Shown: in pieces, positions 35,156-42,855 of the stretch
Layout of the letters: every line of letters starts with the position of its first letter
Position numbering within the stretch: the first letter of the stretch is position 1
Position numbers and translations under genes: made by a program
The notes under the pieces: generated by a model
Seen by the model: the letters and a program-made list of their open reading frames with translations, nothing else
What the model was told of the DNA's origin: nothing
Databases searched by the model: none
From: a virus
IMG/VR virus record: IMGVR_UViG_3300036468_000001
Length of the DNA: 53,621 nucleotides
Reading direction: 5' to 3' (one strand)

Positions 35156-35535
35156 GCTGCGACCTCGACGGGCCGTGACCTTTCTAGCCACGCTTCCCAC
35201 ATCTTTTCCATCAGGGACGTGGAGTCGGTCGATCCCTTGGACTCCGGACGATTCTTGAACCACGCTTCGAAACGTTGGCGTTCGTCGTACTGGTCGATGC
35301 GCTGCTGAAGCACGTCGTGCTTTTCCTTCCAGTCATCCGCGCGCCTGATCGCGTCTGCCAGAGAATTGCGGAGTTCCTCCAACTGTCTGAAGGCGGCATT
35401 CGCCTCATCGCGCGTCGTCTCGTGCGCTTTCACTTCCTTGTCGTGCGTTAGCTGCAGGACCGTCGACTTATCGGCGAGCGTCAAGAACTTCTTCTGCAAT
35501 TCATCGCGCTCACGCGTCACGGCCTGCAGTTGCAA
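35152..35535 (-). CDS. hypothetical coiled-coil protein
   Basis: 127-aa charged helical ORF. Only a TTG (35535) or GTG (35520) start is available. Confidence 0.5.
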   Translation of the reverse strand: MQLQAVTRERDELQKKFLTLADKSTVLQLTHDKEVKAHETTRDEANAAFRQLEELRNSLADAIRRADDWKEKHDVLQQRIDQYDERQRFEAWFKNRPESKGSTDSTSLMEKMWEAWLERSRPVEVAA

Positions 35536-35550
35536 AGCGAGATCGAGAGA

Positions 35551-35886
35551 CTATTCGACGGCGCTAACGTCGGAGTCGGTCACTTCCGGTTTTTCAACCA
35601 CCGGTGAGGCCGATTTCGGGGCCGCCACGGCGCCCGCCGCGAGAGTCGAAGGGCGCATGTCCACGCCATCTTGAGAAACCTGCGGCGCGTCCTTTCGCGT
35701 GAGCCAATAGACGTACTCCGTGTGCCGCGCGCCGGTGCCTTCCAGCTTCCGCTCGAGAATGCCGCTGCTGACCATCGCGTTGAGCTCGCGAGAAACCGAC
35801 AGCCGGTCCATGCACAGCTTGTCGGCGATCGTCCTAGCTGTGGACTGCATGACGGTGCCGAGGTACTTCTCAATTTCTGCTCTCAC
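35551..35886 (-). CDS. winged-helix DNA-binding protein
   Basis: STARTIADKLCMDRLSVSRELNAMVSSGILERK has an HTH pattern. GTG start in a GTGA overlap, with an alternative ATG at 35850. Confidence 0.55.
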   Translation of the reverse strand: MRAEIEKYLGTVMQSTARTIADKLCMDRLSVSRELNAMVSSGILERKLEGTGARHTEYVYWLTRKDAPQVSQDGVDMRPSTLAAGAVAAPKSASPVVEKPEVTDSDVSAVE

Positions 35887-36347
35887 GCTGCCTCCGTGGG
35901 TGCGCCGATGACGGTAAAGCCAGCGGCTACGTAAGTCCTGATTGCGAACGACGTCATGTGCGGCGCCCATATGATCTCGATCGACGAGTTTGGCGCGGTA
36001 TCGGATGCCGGCGCCGCACGGCCCATCAGGTTGAACACGCCCCGACCTTGGTATCCGCCTTGGCGAAACACAAACTTTCCAGTGCCGGGCCAAAAGTCGA
36101 CCACGCCTAGTTCCGTCCTGACAATGAGATGGGCTGCGCCGTTCTTTTCTTCAAACTGATATCCGCGCTCGCGCAACAGAAGGTTCGAGCTTTCACGGTT
36201 TGCTGCGCGTCGAGATTTGCTGCTTTCTCTGTCGGCGTCTTCGCTGCATCCCGAACAGCACTGCGGAAATCCAACGGCCTCGCCAAGGTATTCGCCGCAC
36301 TGCTCGCAAGATGACCCGTCGAGCATCGATTCAGCGATTTCACCCAT
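35883..36347 (-). CDS. hypothetical protein with an N-terminal Cys cluster (zinc-ribbon-like)
   Basis: GAGGA RBS. Contains CEQCGEY...CCSGC. Confidence 0.55.
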   Translation of the reverse strand: MGEIAESMLDGSSCEQCGEYLGEAVGFPQCCSGCSEDADRESSKSRRAANRESSNLLLRERGYQFEEKNGAAHLIVRTELGVVDFWPGTGKFVFRQGGYQGRGVFNLMGRAAPASDTAPNSSIEIIWAPHMTSFAIRTYVAAGFTVIGAPTEAA

Positions 36348-36441
36348 GACATTCCTCAAAAGGGTGGGGTACTTGCATGCCGCGAAACGGAGATTCACGC
36401 CTCAATCGGCTTCATCCGGATCGTGGGCTTTCCCCCGTTGA

Positions 36442-37029
36442 TCAGGCGACCAGTTCCGGTTGTTTCTTGCGGCCGCGCTGAGCTTTCAACTGGTCATCGA
36501 CCTCGTTCGCGCCGGTACCGGTGTCAGGTTTTTCTTCGTCACCGTCTCCGCCTTCAGGATCGACAGTCACGAAGACTTCCTGATTGAGCTTTCCGGCGAT
36601 CTTCTCGATGTCGCCGTTGCTGGGATGACAGCGGACCTGAAACGAAAAGACCACGGTGCCGCCTTGCTTCGGCTCAATGACGAACCTGCGCACCTTGGCA
36701 TCGCCAAAAACGGCGTCTCCCTTTCCGCTGGCGCCGATGTGCACGGTCACCGAGGCGTTCTCGTAGACCTCGTCCCATTTGATCGGTCCCATCTTCGGAT
36801 TCTTGACGACAGTCATGTGGTCGGCGTCGGGATTTACTTCCTGTTGCGGCGAGTCCTCTTTCTCGTATAGCGAGGACTTCAGCGTCGGCGAGAACATCGC
36901 GAGCGCCTGATTGCTGGCGGTGTATCGGAAGTCGATGTCCATAGCATTGACGTCCTGATTGCCATGTTTTTCCTGTCCGACGTTGATGTGAGTGATCTTG
37001 GTGAGCTGCCGTTCGTACTCAAATGCCAT
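36442..37029 (-). CDS. hypothetical protein
   Basis: AGGAGA RBS, 195 aa, with an acidic and then basic C-terminal tail. Adjacent to the recombination genes. Confidence 0.65.
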   Translation of the reverse strand: MAFEYERQLTKITHINVGQEKHGNQDVNAMDIDFRYTASNQALAMFSPTLKSSLYEKEDSPQQEVNPDADHMTVVKNPKMGPIKWDEVYENASVTVHIGASGKGDAVFGDAKVRRFVIEPKQGGTVVFSFQVRCHPSNGDIEKIAGKLNQEVFVTVDPEGGDGDEEKPDTGTGANEVDDQLKAQRGRKKQPELVA

Positions 37030-37053
37030 GGTGTCTCTCCTGGGGGGAAAAGG

Positions 37054-38622
37054 TCAGAACGCGGTTGCCAGACGTTCGTTGGCCGCCTCGAGGTTCATGT
37101 CGAGCAGCCACGAAAGAACGACGCTCTCGTGCACACGGTAGTTCGTCGCGAGAGTCGCGATGATCTCGTCGTCGGTGGGGCGCTTCGGTGCGGCGGCGCG
37201 ACCAGTCCGGGCGGGTGTCTTGACCGGCTGCGCGGCGGCCACGGCAGGCGTGCTGGCGGCCGCAGTCGGCGCGAAGCTGGCTTCCTGAGATGCGGTCTGT
37301 TCGGCGGCGCACGCCTGCGCCTGACGAGTCTGTTCGAGTCGTTCTTCCTCGACCTTCTTGTGCTGCTCGATGCGCGACGTCACGGCGAGCTTGAAGTCAT
37401 CGGCCGGCTTCTGGATAAGCGTCTGCAGGTCACGGAACAGGAAACCGTATGCTTCGTCCTGTGGCCGGTACCAGTCGAGTTTCGAGCGCATCTCGCGCGC
37501 GGCCGCGTCGGCGGCGATCTTGCCGTTGGCAACGGTCGTATCGATCGATTCATGCAGGCTCGCAAGCGTGCGCTTGTTCTTCGCCGCAGCAACAAAGTCT
37601 GGAGCCGCAATATCGAGGCGCACCATGCTGAGTTCCGCATTCAGCGCCGCAACATGGTCGGCGAACCGCTTGCGGCCGTCGGCGATGATCTGATCCTTGA
37701 TCTCGCCCTTGCGCTTCGTCACCAGTTTGTCGAGTCCGAGACGCTTCTCGCGCAGCTGCGCCTTGATGTGGTCCAGCGTGCGCATCAGATCGTCGATGCT
37801 GGCCGTCTGCGAGATCGCGGCGTTCTTGGCGACCTCGAGTTCCTTCTCGGCCTTCTCGCAGAACTTGACTGTTTCTTCCGCGTCCGCGAAGTCCTGATCC
37901 GTTTGCAGATCCGTCTTGATGTTCGCGATGAACTGTTCGGCGGCCGCCTTGAAGCGCGGCAGATTGCTCGTGACGACCTTGCCTTCGATCTGCACGGCGA
38001 GAGTCGGGAGGCCCATGATCACTTCCGCTTGGGGCTTCTCGGCGAGTTCGCGCGGTTTATACTCGGCCAGATCCTTCTCGAACTGGGCCCAGCCTGCGCG
38101 CAAGCGTTCGAACCACGCCGGATCTGGCTTGACCCACATCGAGGCCATGTTGTCCCGCGTGCCGTCGGAACAAACGAAAAGCAGTTTGCTGGCGCCGCTG
38201 ACCATCAGCAACTGCTGCGCCTGTGGCATGTAGGCGTCGGGCAGTTCCTTGCGCTTGATCGAGTCGAACAGCGCCTGGTTGAACTGCTTATGCTCGAACG
38301 CAATGGTTTCATCCATCGTCAGACCGTCGAACGATCCCGACAGCAGACCTTCAGAGCCGACGACCGGGTAAAGATCTTCGCCGATGGCTTCTTCGACGAG
38401 CGGCCGGGCAAGCGCTTCAACTTCGTGACCTTTGTCGAGGATGTGCTCTTGGAACCAGTCGCTGTATTCCTTCGCCGTGCCGGTGTGCTTCATGTGAAGC
38501 AGCTCGTTGCGCTTCACGTTGGCGGACAGGCCGAGCATCGCCGCGGCTTCGCTAGAGCCGAAATGCTTGTGGCGAAAGGCAAGCCATTCGTCGGAACCCT
38601 GAATTAGGTCGTGAGTTTCCAT
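37054..38622 (-). CDS. YqaJ-type (lambda Exo-like) exonuclease with a ~320-aa C-terminal extension
   Basis: IQGSDEWLAFRHKHFGSSEAAAMLG...DGLTMDETIAFEHKQ is the YqaJ pattern. The C-terminal part is a long charged helical region. Confidence 0.75.
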   Translation of the reverse strand: METHDLIQGSDEWLAFRHKHFGSSEAAAMLGLSANVKRNELLHMKHTGTAKEYSDWFQEHILDKGHEVEALARPLVEEAIGEDLYPVVGSEGLLSGSFDGLTMDETIAFEHKQFNQALFDSIKRKELPDAYMPQAQQLLMVSGASKLLFVCSDGTRDNMASMWVKPDPAWFERLRAGWAQFEKDLAEYKPRELAEKPQAEVIMGLPTLAVQIEGKVVTSNLPRFKAAAEQFIANIKTDLQTDQDFADAEETVKFCEKAEKELEVAKNAAISQTASIDDLMRTLDHIKAQLREKRLGLDKLVTKRKGEIKDQIIADGRKRFADHVAALNAELSMVRLDIAAPDFVAAAKNKRTLASLHESIDTTVANGKIAADAAAREMRSKLDWYRPQDEAYGFLFRDLQTLIQKPADDFKLAVTSRIEQHKKVEEERLEQTRQAQACAAEQTASQEASFAPTAAASTPAVAAAQPVKTPARTGRAAAPKRPTDDEIIATLATNYRVHESVVLSWLLDMNLEAANERLATAF

Positions 38623-38627
38623 GCTTG

Positions 38628-39527
38628 TTACGCTCCCTGATTGCCGTTGTCCTGCGCCCACGACCGGATTTCTTTCTTCTGCGATTCGGTCAGCGACGCA
38701 CCTTTGGTTTCGATGAACGCGATCATCTTTTCGGGCGTCTTTCGACCGGTCGCGACGACGGTCTTCCAGTCGTCCTTGTTCTTGTCGAACTTCTCCTGGT
38801 CGTAGGTCACCTTCTCGGTGGCTTGAGAAGAAGCTGCCGCACGATTACTGTTTCCCTGCTGTTCCGTGTGGGACGACTGACCGGAATCTCCCTCTGCACC
38901 GCCCTGACCGTCGTCGTCTTCACCTTTGGTGGACATGCCGGATGCCGCTAGCAGGGTGTAACGCTGCAGGTATGTGATCGTGCTGCCGCCCTGTTGCAGA
39001 ACGTTTTTCTTTCCGCTGTTGTCCGGAGGGCCTTCCATCGACACTTTCTTCGAATGCCCCATGACATGCGTCACGATGCAATCGACCTCGATCTTTCCCG
39101 GGCTTTGACGGATATCCCAGTCATAGGTAAGTCCGTGCGCCCCCATGGCGGGACCAAGAACATCGGTGACGTCTGACAGTTCGGCGTGCCTGTAGCCGAC
39201 AAAGTCGCCGTCCTTCGTGTTGTAGCCGACGGCCTTGCGCTTGAAAATCGGCGGGCAGGTACGCTTGAACTCGGTCATCGCCGCGACGAACGCCTTGCGT
39301 GCTTCGTTTGCCTCCCAGCGCTGCTGCAGTTCCATCAATTTCTCAAGACGATCGAGATCGGCGTTCGTCTGGATCGCCAGGCGCAGCAGATCGGCGGGGG
39401 TCGTGAGAGAGATGCCCGTGCCGTGGTTGGTGGAAAGAGCCGATTGCTGCTGCGCAACCGGAGGCCGCGCCGTCGGCGTCTCTGAGGTATCGACGTCGAT
39501 GACGTCGGCCATGGTTGCGGTGTTCAT
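38628..39527 (-). CDS. single-strand annealing protein, Erf/Rad52-like
   Basis: FVGYRHAELSDVTDVLGPAMGAHGL and QQGGSTITYLQRYTLLAASG resemble conserved Erf-family blocks. It is paired with the exonuclease. Confidence 0.6.
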   Translation of the reverse strand: MNTATMADVIDVDTSETPTARPPVAQQQSALSTNHGTGISLTTPADLLRLAIQTNADLDRLEKLMELQQRWEANEARKAFVAAMTEFKRTCPPIFKRKAVGYNTKDGDFVGYRHAELSDVTDVLGPAMGAHGLTYDWDIRQSPGKIEVDCIVTHVMGHSKKVSMEGPPDNSGKKNVLQQGGSTITYLQRYTLLAASGMSTKGEDDDGQGGAEGDSGQSSHTEQQGNSNRAAASSQATEKVTYDQEKFDKNKDDWKTVVATGRKTPEKMIAFIETKGASLTESQKKEIRSWAQDNGNQGA

Positions 39528-39808
39528 GATTGGCTGACGTCCTTTTCAATCTTCGCGTACGGGTGCTTCGTCGTATGCGGCTTGATGTGCTTGCCGAAGT
39601 GGCTGCCGATCGACTCGGCGGCCTTGAACTTCGCGAAGTCCTCGGCGGTGAAGTTCGCGTAGTGATACGTCGAGCCAGCACCGGCCTTCGACTTGAAACA
39701 GATGGCGAGCGTGTTCGTTTCGGGGTCGTGGCCGATGCTGTGAATCTGGCTGGACTCGACAGGCGACAGGTCGATCGGCGCGCGGCTGATTTCGGTGGTT
39801 TCGTTCAC
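39524..39808 (-). CDS. KTSC domain protein
   Basis: GTG start after AAGGAG, in a GTGA overlap. SSQIHSIGHDPETNTLAICFKSKAGAGSTYHYANF follows the KTSC pattern. Confidence 0.55.
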   Translation of the reverse strand: MNETTEISRAPIDLSPVESSQIHSIGHDPETNTLAICFKSKAGAGSTYHYANFTAEDFAKFKAAESIGSHFGKHIKPHTTKHPYAKIEKDVSQS

Positions 39809-39975
39809 GTTGAACTCCTTACGTTTGACATCAGTTGAAGGCGCAGGGTGGCGGTTTCGTCCTGATCCCATTGGTGGGCGATCTCCATGATTGCGAACGC
39901 GCAGCAGATCGCGATCAGGAAGGAAATGGTTGGGTGCTTCTCGTAGAAGCGGTCCATCGATCTAACGAGTCGCAT
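39805..39975 (-). CDS. small membrane protein
   Basis: 56 aa with a single TM helix, ISFLIAICCAFAIMEIA. Confidence 0.45.
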   Translation of the reverse strand: MRLVRSMDRFYEKHPTISFLIAICCAFAIMEIAHQWDQDETATLRLQLMSNVRSST

Positions 39976-39976
39976 G

Positions 39977-40447
39977 TCAGCCTCCGGTGGCTTTGGCAAT
40001 TGCAGCTAGCACATTCACGTAGGCGACGTGATCCACGGAAACGACATGCATGCCATCTCCCGATGAATTGGTGGGGCACTTGACTAGTTGAATAAGTGCC
40101 TTCAGTAAATCCGGCGCAGCAGCAATTAGAAGAGCGTTAGCCTCTTTGTCGGGACCGTAACAATGGGCGATATCACCGGACTCAGTCGACCAGATGTTCC
40201 TATCAATGAACATATTTTCGAATTCCGGATAGATCGCAGCGCAATCTTCGTCAACAACAATTTGGTCCCATGGACCGGGCGTTCCTTTGAAGTCACCCGT
40301 ACTGACCTCACGGTTCTCCATGAAGCTGATAGTTTTGTACGGCTGAAGGGTGTATATCTCGCCATTGATGAGCCACGCACGATCATGTGGCGGTTCATCA
40401 TCTACCTGAACCAAGGGCCGCCCGTTCACTACGATATGTTTGATCAC
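39977..40447 (-). CDS. hypothetical protein (visibly lower GC than its neighbours)
   Basis: 156-aa ORF with a GTG start in a GTGA overlap. Confidence 0.6.
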   Translation of the reverse strand: MIKHIVVNGRPLVQVDDEPPHDRAWLINGEIYTLQPYKTISFMENREVSTGDFKGTPGPWDQIVVDEDCAAIYPEFENMFIDRNIWSTESGDIAHCYGPDKEANALLIAAAPDLLKALIQLVKCPTNSSGDGMHVVSVDHVAYVNVLAAIAKATGG

Positions 40448-40641
40448 CGCATACCTCCGATCGGCAGGTACACGTACTGCGCCGAAATCGACTTCGGCAC
40501 GTAGCCTTTGGCAATTCGATCCCAGGGCGCCACGCCGCGACGAACCAGATCAGCTTTTGCAGCCTCCTGACGGCGCCTGGTGCGCTCGCAGAGCATTTCG
40601 TATTTCAGGTCCAGCACGCGTTCGCGCATAAAGCTCGACAT
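40444..40641 (-). CDS. hypothetical protein
   Basis: 65 aa counted from the ATG at 40641. The ORF track begins at a TTG at 40647. Confidence 0.45.
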   Translation of the reverse strand: MSSFMRERVLDLKYEMLCERTRRRQEAAKADLVRRGVAPWDRIAKGYVPKSISAQYVYLPIGGMR

Positions 40642-40643
40642 GG

Positions 40644-40795
40644 TCAACCCCCGAACGAATGAAACATCGCGTTGACGATCGAATCACCGAAGATCGTCGA
40701 CAGCAATGCGACACACAGAAACGCTGCACCGAAAACGATGCAAGCCACGGTCACCACCACTTGCGTTTGCTTGAATTCGACGTCTGTGGGGTTCA
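40644..40795 (-). CDS. small single-TM protein
   Basis: GTG start 6 nt after AGGAGA. TM helix VVVTVACIVFGAAFLCVALLSTIF. Confidence 0.45.
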
Positions 40796-40825
40796 CGTTT
40801 TTTCTCCTGAATCTGCGACGCTCGA

Positions 40826-40906
40826 TCACGAGCAGCCGCGCATGAATACGACGAAGCAGCCAGCGACGAACGCCCAGATGCCCGCGTAGATGAAGATTCC
40901 AGTCAT
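40826..40906 (-). CDS. 26-aa hydrophobic peptide (MTGIFIYAGIWAFVAGCFVVFMRGCS)
   Basis: GGAGGAAGG RBS. ATGA overlap with the upstream ORF stop. Below the ORF-track size cutoff. Confidence 0.45.
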   Translation of the reverse strand: MTGIFIYAGIWAFVAGCFVVFMRGCS

Positions 40907-41094
40907 GGCTTCCTTCCTCCGAGCTGGACATGACGAAGCCCGGGTGCGTACATCTCGTCACCGAGAATGACGCGGCGCGGCTCGTAGTCATCCCAGCTTG
41001 CCGCGCGTTGTGCTTCGGTCATCGGCTCAACGAGTTCGTCGCCGGCGCCGCGCGTCAGCGGGTCGTCATGGATTGGCAATTTATCGACTAGCAT
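40903..41094 (-). CDS. hypothetical protein
   Basis: GGAG RBS, 63 aa. Confidence 0.5.
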   Translation of the reverse strand: MLVDKLPIHDDPLTRGAGDELVEPMTEAQRAASWDDYEPRRVILGDEMYAPGLRHVQLGGRKP

Positions 41095-41106
41095 TGCGGA
41101 CTCCAG

Positions 41107-41196
41107 TTATGGCCTGATCAGCCGGCGAAGCTCGAAACCGAGTGCGACGGCGAGGATTACGGCCGTGCCCAGAACGGGGTAGAGGATCGGGCTCAT
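41107..41196 (-). CDS. 29-aa hydrophobic peptide (MSPILYPVLGTAVILAVALGFELRRLIRP)
   Basis: Its start shares 1 nt with the upstream stop. Below the ORF-track size cutoff. Confidence 0.4.
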   Translation of the reverse strand: MSPILYPVLGTAVILAVALGFELRRLIRP

Positions 41197-41336
41197 CAGC
41201 AGCCTCTTCGTTCGTCGGCGACACCTTCGCCGATGATGTCGGCGGCGAATTCGCGCAACAGATGCTCAGTCAGGGCACCCGCGCCACCTTCGGCCAGGCG
41301 CTTCAGTTCGATCAGGTCTTTCGCGATCACCGACAT
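41196..41336 (-). CDS. 46-aa hypothetical protein
   Basis: ATG after GGAG. Fills the gap between neighbouring genes on the same strand. Confidence 0.4.
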   Translation of the reverse strand: MSVIAKDLIELKRLAEGGAGALTEHLLREFAADIIGEGVADERRGC

Positions 41337-41345
41337 GACGAACTC

Positions 41346-41579
41346 CTACAGCCCTTCGCCCGTGACACGGAAGAACCGCAGCGAATCGACCGGCTCGCGA
41401 TAGGCCAGTTGCGTATCGTCGTCGGCCCTGTTCGCCTTCCAGATCAGACCCAGCTCGGCGAAATCGTCGAGGCTGATGTGCCGCGTCGTGCGGCCGATCG
41501 TGAAGGAGACGATGCGGTTCGAGCGCAACACGCCCGTCGCTTCGTTTCCTTCTTCATCAACAACCGTTCCTGTGGTCAT
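41346..41579 (-). CDS. hypothetical protein
   Basis: GGGAGA RBS 5 nt upstream of the ATG at 41579. 77 aa. Confidence 0.55.
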   Translation of the reverse strand: MTTGTVVDEEGNEATGVLRSNRIVSFTIGRTTRHISLDDFAELGLIWKANRADDDTQLAYREPVDSLRFFRVTGEGL

Positions 41580-41616
41580 CACGTTCTCCCGTGAGAACTA
41601 CGAAATAAATAAATTC

Positions 41617-42111
41617 TTAAATTTTGACTCTGCGGACCGCGCGAACCCGGCCTTTGACGTTCTTGCCGTCCGCAAACTGGAAGCCATATGCGAAACCCTG
41701 GCACCAAGCGCCGTAGGCCGAGGACTGCGTGCTCGACCAGTACCAGGAGGGCGCAAATTTTTCGGCGATCGTCGCGTAGCAGAGGTTCAGCTCACGCTGG
41801 GCCGGCAGATAGAAATCGGTGTGTCCGTCTTTCGAGTACTCCGCGGCCCAGGCGGCGGCCGGGTGCTTCGAAGTCGCGCCAAGAAGTGCCCGCGTGTTCG
41901 CGGCACCGTCGAGCCGGCTGTCGCACTCCGGAACCTTCATGCCGTACGGACCCCACTCGAAATCCATGCCTTCGTCGAGCGAAGCGATCAGGTGGTAGTC
42001 GGGCGCGTCGCCTTGGCCGGGCATCAGGCCGGCGTAAATGCCGCCTTGGCCCTCCCAATAGACGCCAAGGCGTGGTGCGACGAGAACGGGTTTGTCTTGG
42101 ACTTCGGACAT
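41617..42111 (-). CDS. DGR variable protein 3 (remote paralog of variable proteins 1 and 2)
   Basis: GGAG RBS. The C-terminus WYWSSTQSSAYGAWCQGFAYGFQFADGKNVKGRVRAVRRVKI contains VR3. Confidence 0.85.
   Translation of the reverse strand: MSEVQDKPVLVAPRLGVYWEGQGGIYAGLMPGQGDAPDYHLIASLDEGMDFEWGPYGMKVPECDSRLDGAANTRALLGATSKHPAAAWAAEYSKDGHTDFYLPAQRELNLCYATIAEKFAPSWYWSSTQSSAYGAWCQGFAYGFQFADGKNVKGRVRAVRRVKI
41630..41730 (-). repeat. DGR variable repeat VR3 (about 8.6 kb from the TR)
   Basis: 18 mismatches to the TR, all at TR adenines. Confidence 0.9.
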
Positions 42112-42138
42112 GGTTGACTCCGGATTGAGGCAAGCGGT

Positions 42139-42402
42139 TTAGTGAACGACGCACGCACGATAGGCGTCGGTCGGGTCAAGTTCTTCGTCTTGCAAAAGCG
42201 TCCAGACGAAGCGGTCGTAGAAGCGAGACTCCATGAAGTGGAGCGCCTGATCGATGATCAGATCCGCGGCCGCCTGGTCTTCCTTGAAGATCGCGTTGAC
42301 ATCGATTTCGTTGCCAAAGTCGTCGGTGATCAGTTCGATGCACGGCAGAACTCGGCCACGCGACGTCTGGATGCGATGTACTGAAAAAGGGATGAGGCGC
42401 AT
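42139..42402 (-). CDS. hypothetical protein, first gene of the early-left operon
   Basis: GGAGA RBS before the ATG at 42402. The ORF track starts at 42414. Confidence 0.55.
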   Translation of the reverse strand: MRLIPFSVHRIQTSRGRVLPCIELITDDFGNEIDVNAIFKEDQAAADLIIDQALHFMESRFYDRFVWTLLQDEELDPTDAYRACVVH

Positions 42403-42439
42403 GTCGGTCTCCATCTGGTTTGGTGCTGCGATGGAGTGA

Positions 42440-42480
42440 ACTATACGTCAACGAATAGAAATGTCAATGCGCGAATGAAT
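42440..42480 (-). promoter_or_regulatory. PL-like early-left promoter with an operator-like 19-mer
   Basis: On the minus strand: TTGACA-N16-TATAGT. The 19-mer TGTCAATGCGCGAATGAAT (42462-42480) recurs inverted at 43808-43826. Confidence 0.45.
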
Positions 42481-42499
42481 AATTCAAGGCATGGGGAAA

Positions 42500-42514
42500 C
42501 CCGCTTGCTGCGGG
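42500..42514 (-). terminator. weak hairpin at the end of the cI-lipoprotein transcript
   Basis: Minus strand CCCGC-AGCAA-GCGGG followed by only TTT. Confidence 0.3.
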
Positions 42515-42536
42515 CCAGGACTACGCGAAGATGGGA

Positions 42537-42839
42537 TTAGTAGCTGTTACAGTGGATCGCGTTGCCGTACGTGTAGCAATTCGTCGTTTGCGGTTGCCGT
42601 GCGGCGTTCGCCCGTTGGGCATTATTGATGCTCTGCATCTCTTCGTGATACCACTGTTGCTGTTGCGACTGCTGCTGTGCGGACATCGACTGAATCGCGG
42701 CTTGTCGCTGAGCGTATCTATTCTGCATGCAGTTCGCAAAGCCGTCAGTTCCAGGCGTAAATCCAAAATTCGAGCAGACTTGCTGATCACTGGCGCAACC
42801 GGCCAGGAGAAGTGCGATGGCGAAGGCGCTCCATTTCAT
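42537..42839 (-). CDS. lipoprotein (immunity-region moron)
   Basis: Lipobox MKWSAFAIALLLAGC. GAGGAG RBS. Gln-rich and Cys-containing mature part. Confidence 0.65.
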   Translation of the reverse strand: MKWSAFAIALLLAGCASDQQVCSNFGFTPGTDGFANCMQNRYAQRQAAIQSMSAQQQSQQQQWYHEEMQSINNAQRANAARQPQTTNCYTYGNAIHCNSY

Positions 42840-42855
42840 GGCTGTTGCTCCTCGA

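Noticed and set aside
41476-42154. ORFs overlapping variable gene 3: plus-strand 41476-42117 and 41688-42128, and minus-strand 41792-42154 in a different frame.
   Set aside because: These are shadow ORFs, antisense or off-frame, with Arg/Pro-rich translations. The sense gene has an RBS, paralogs and the VR.
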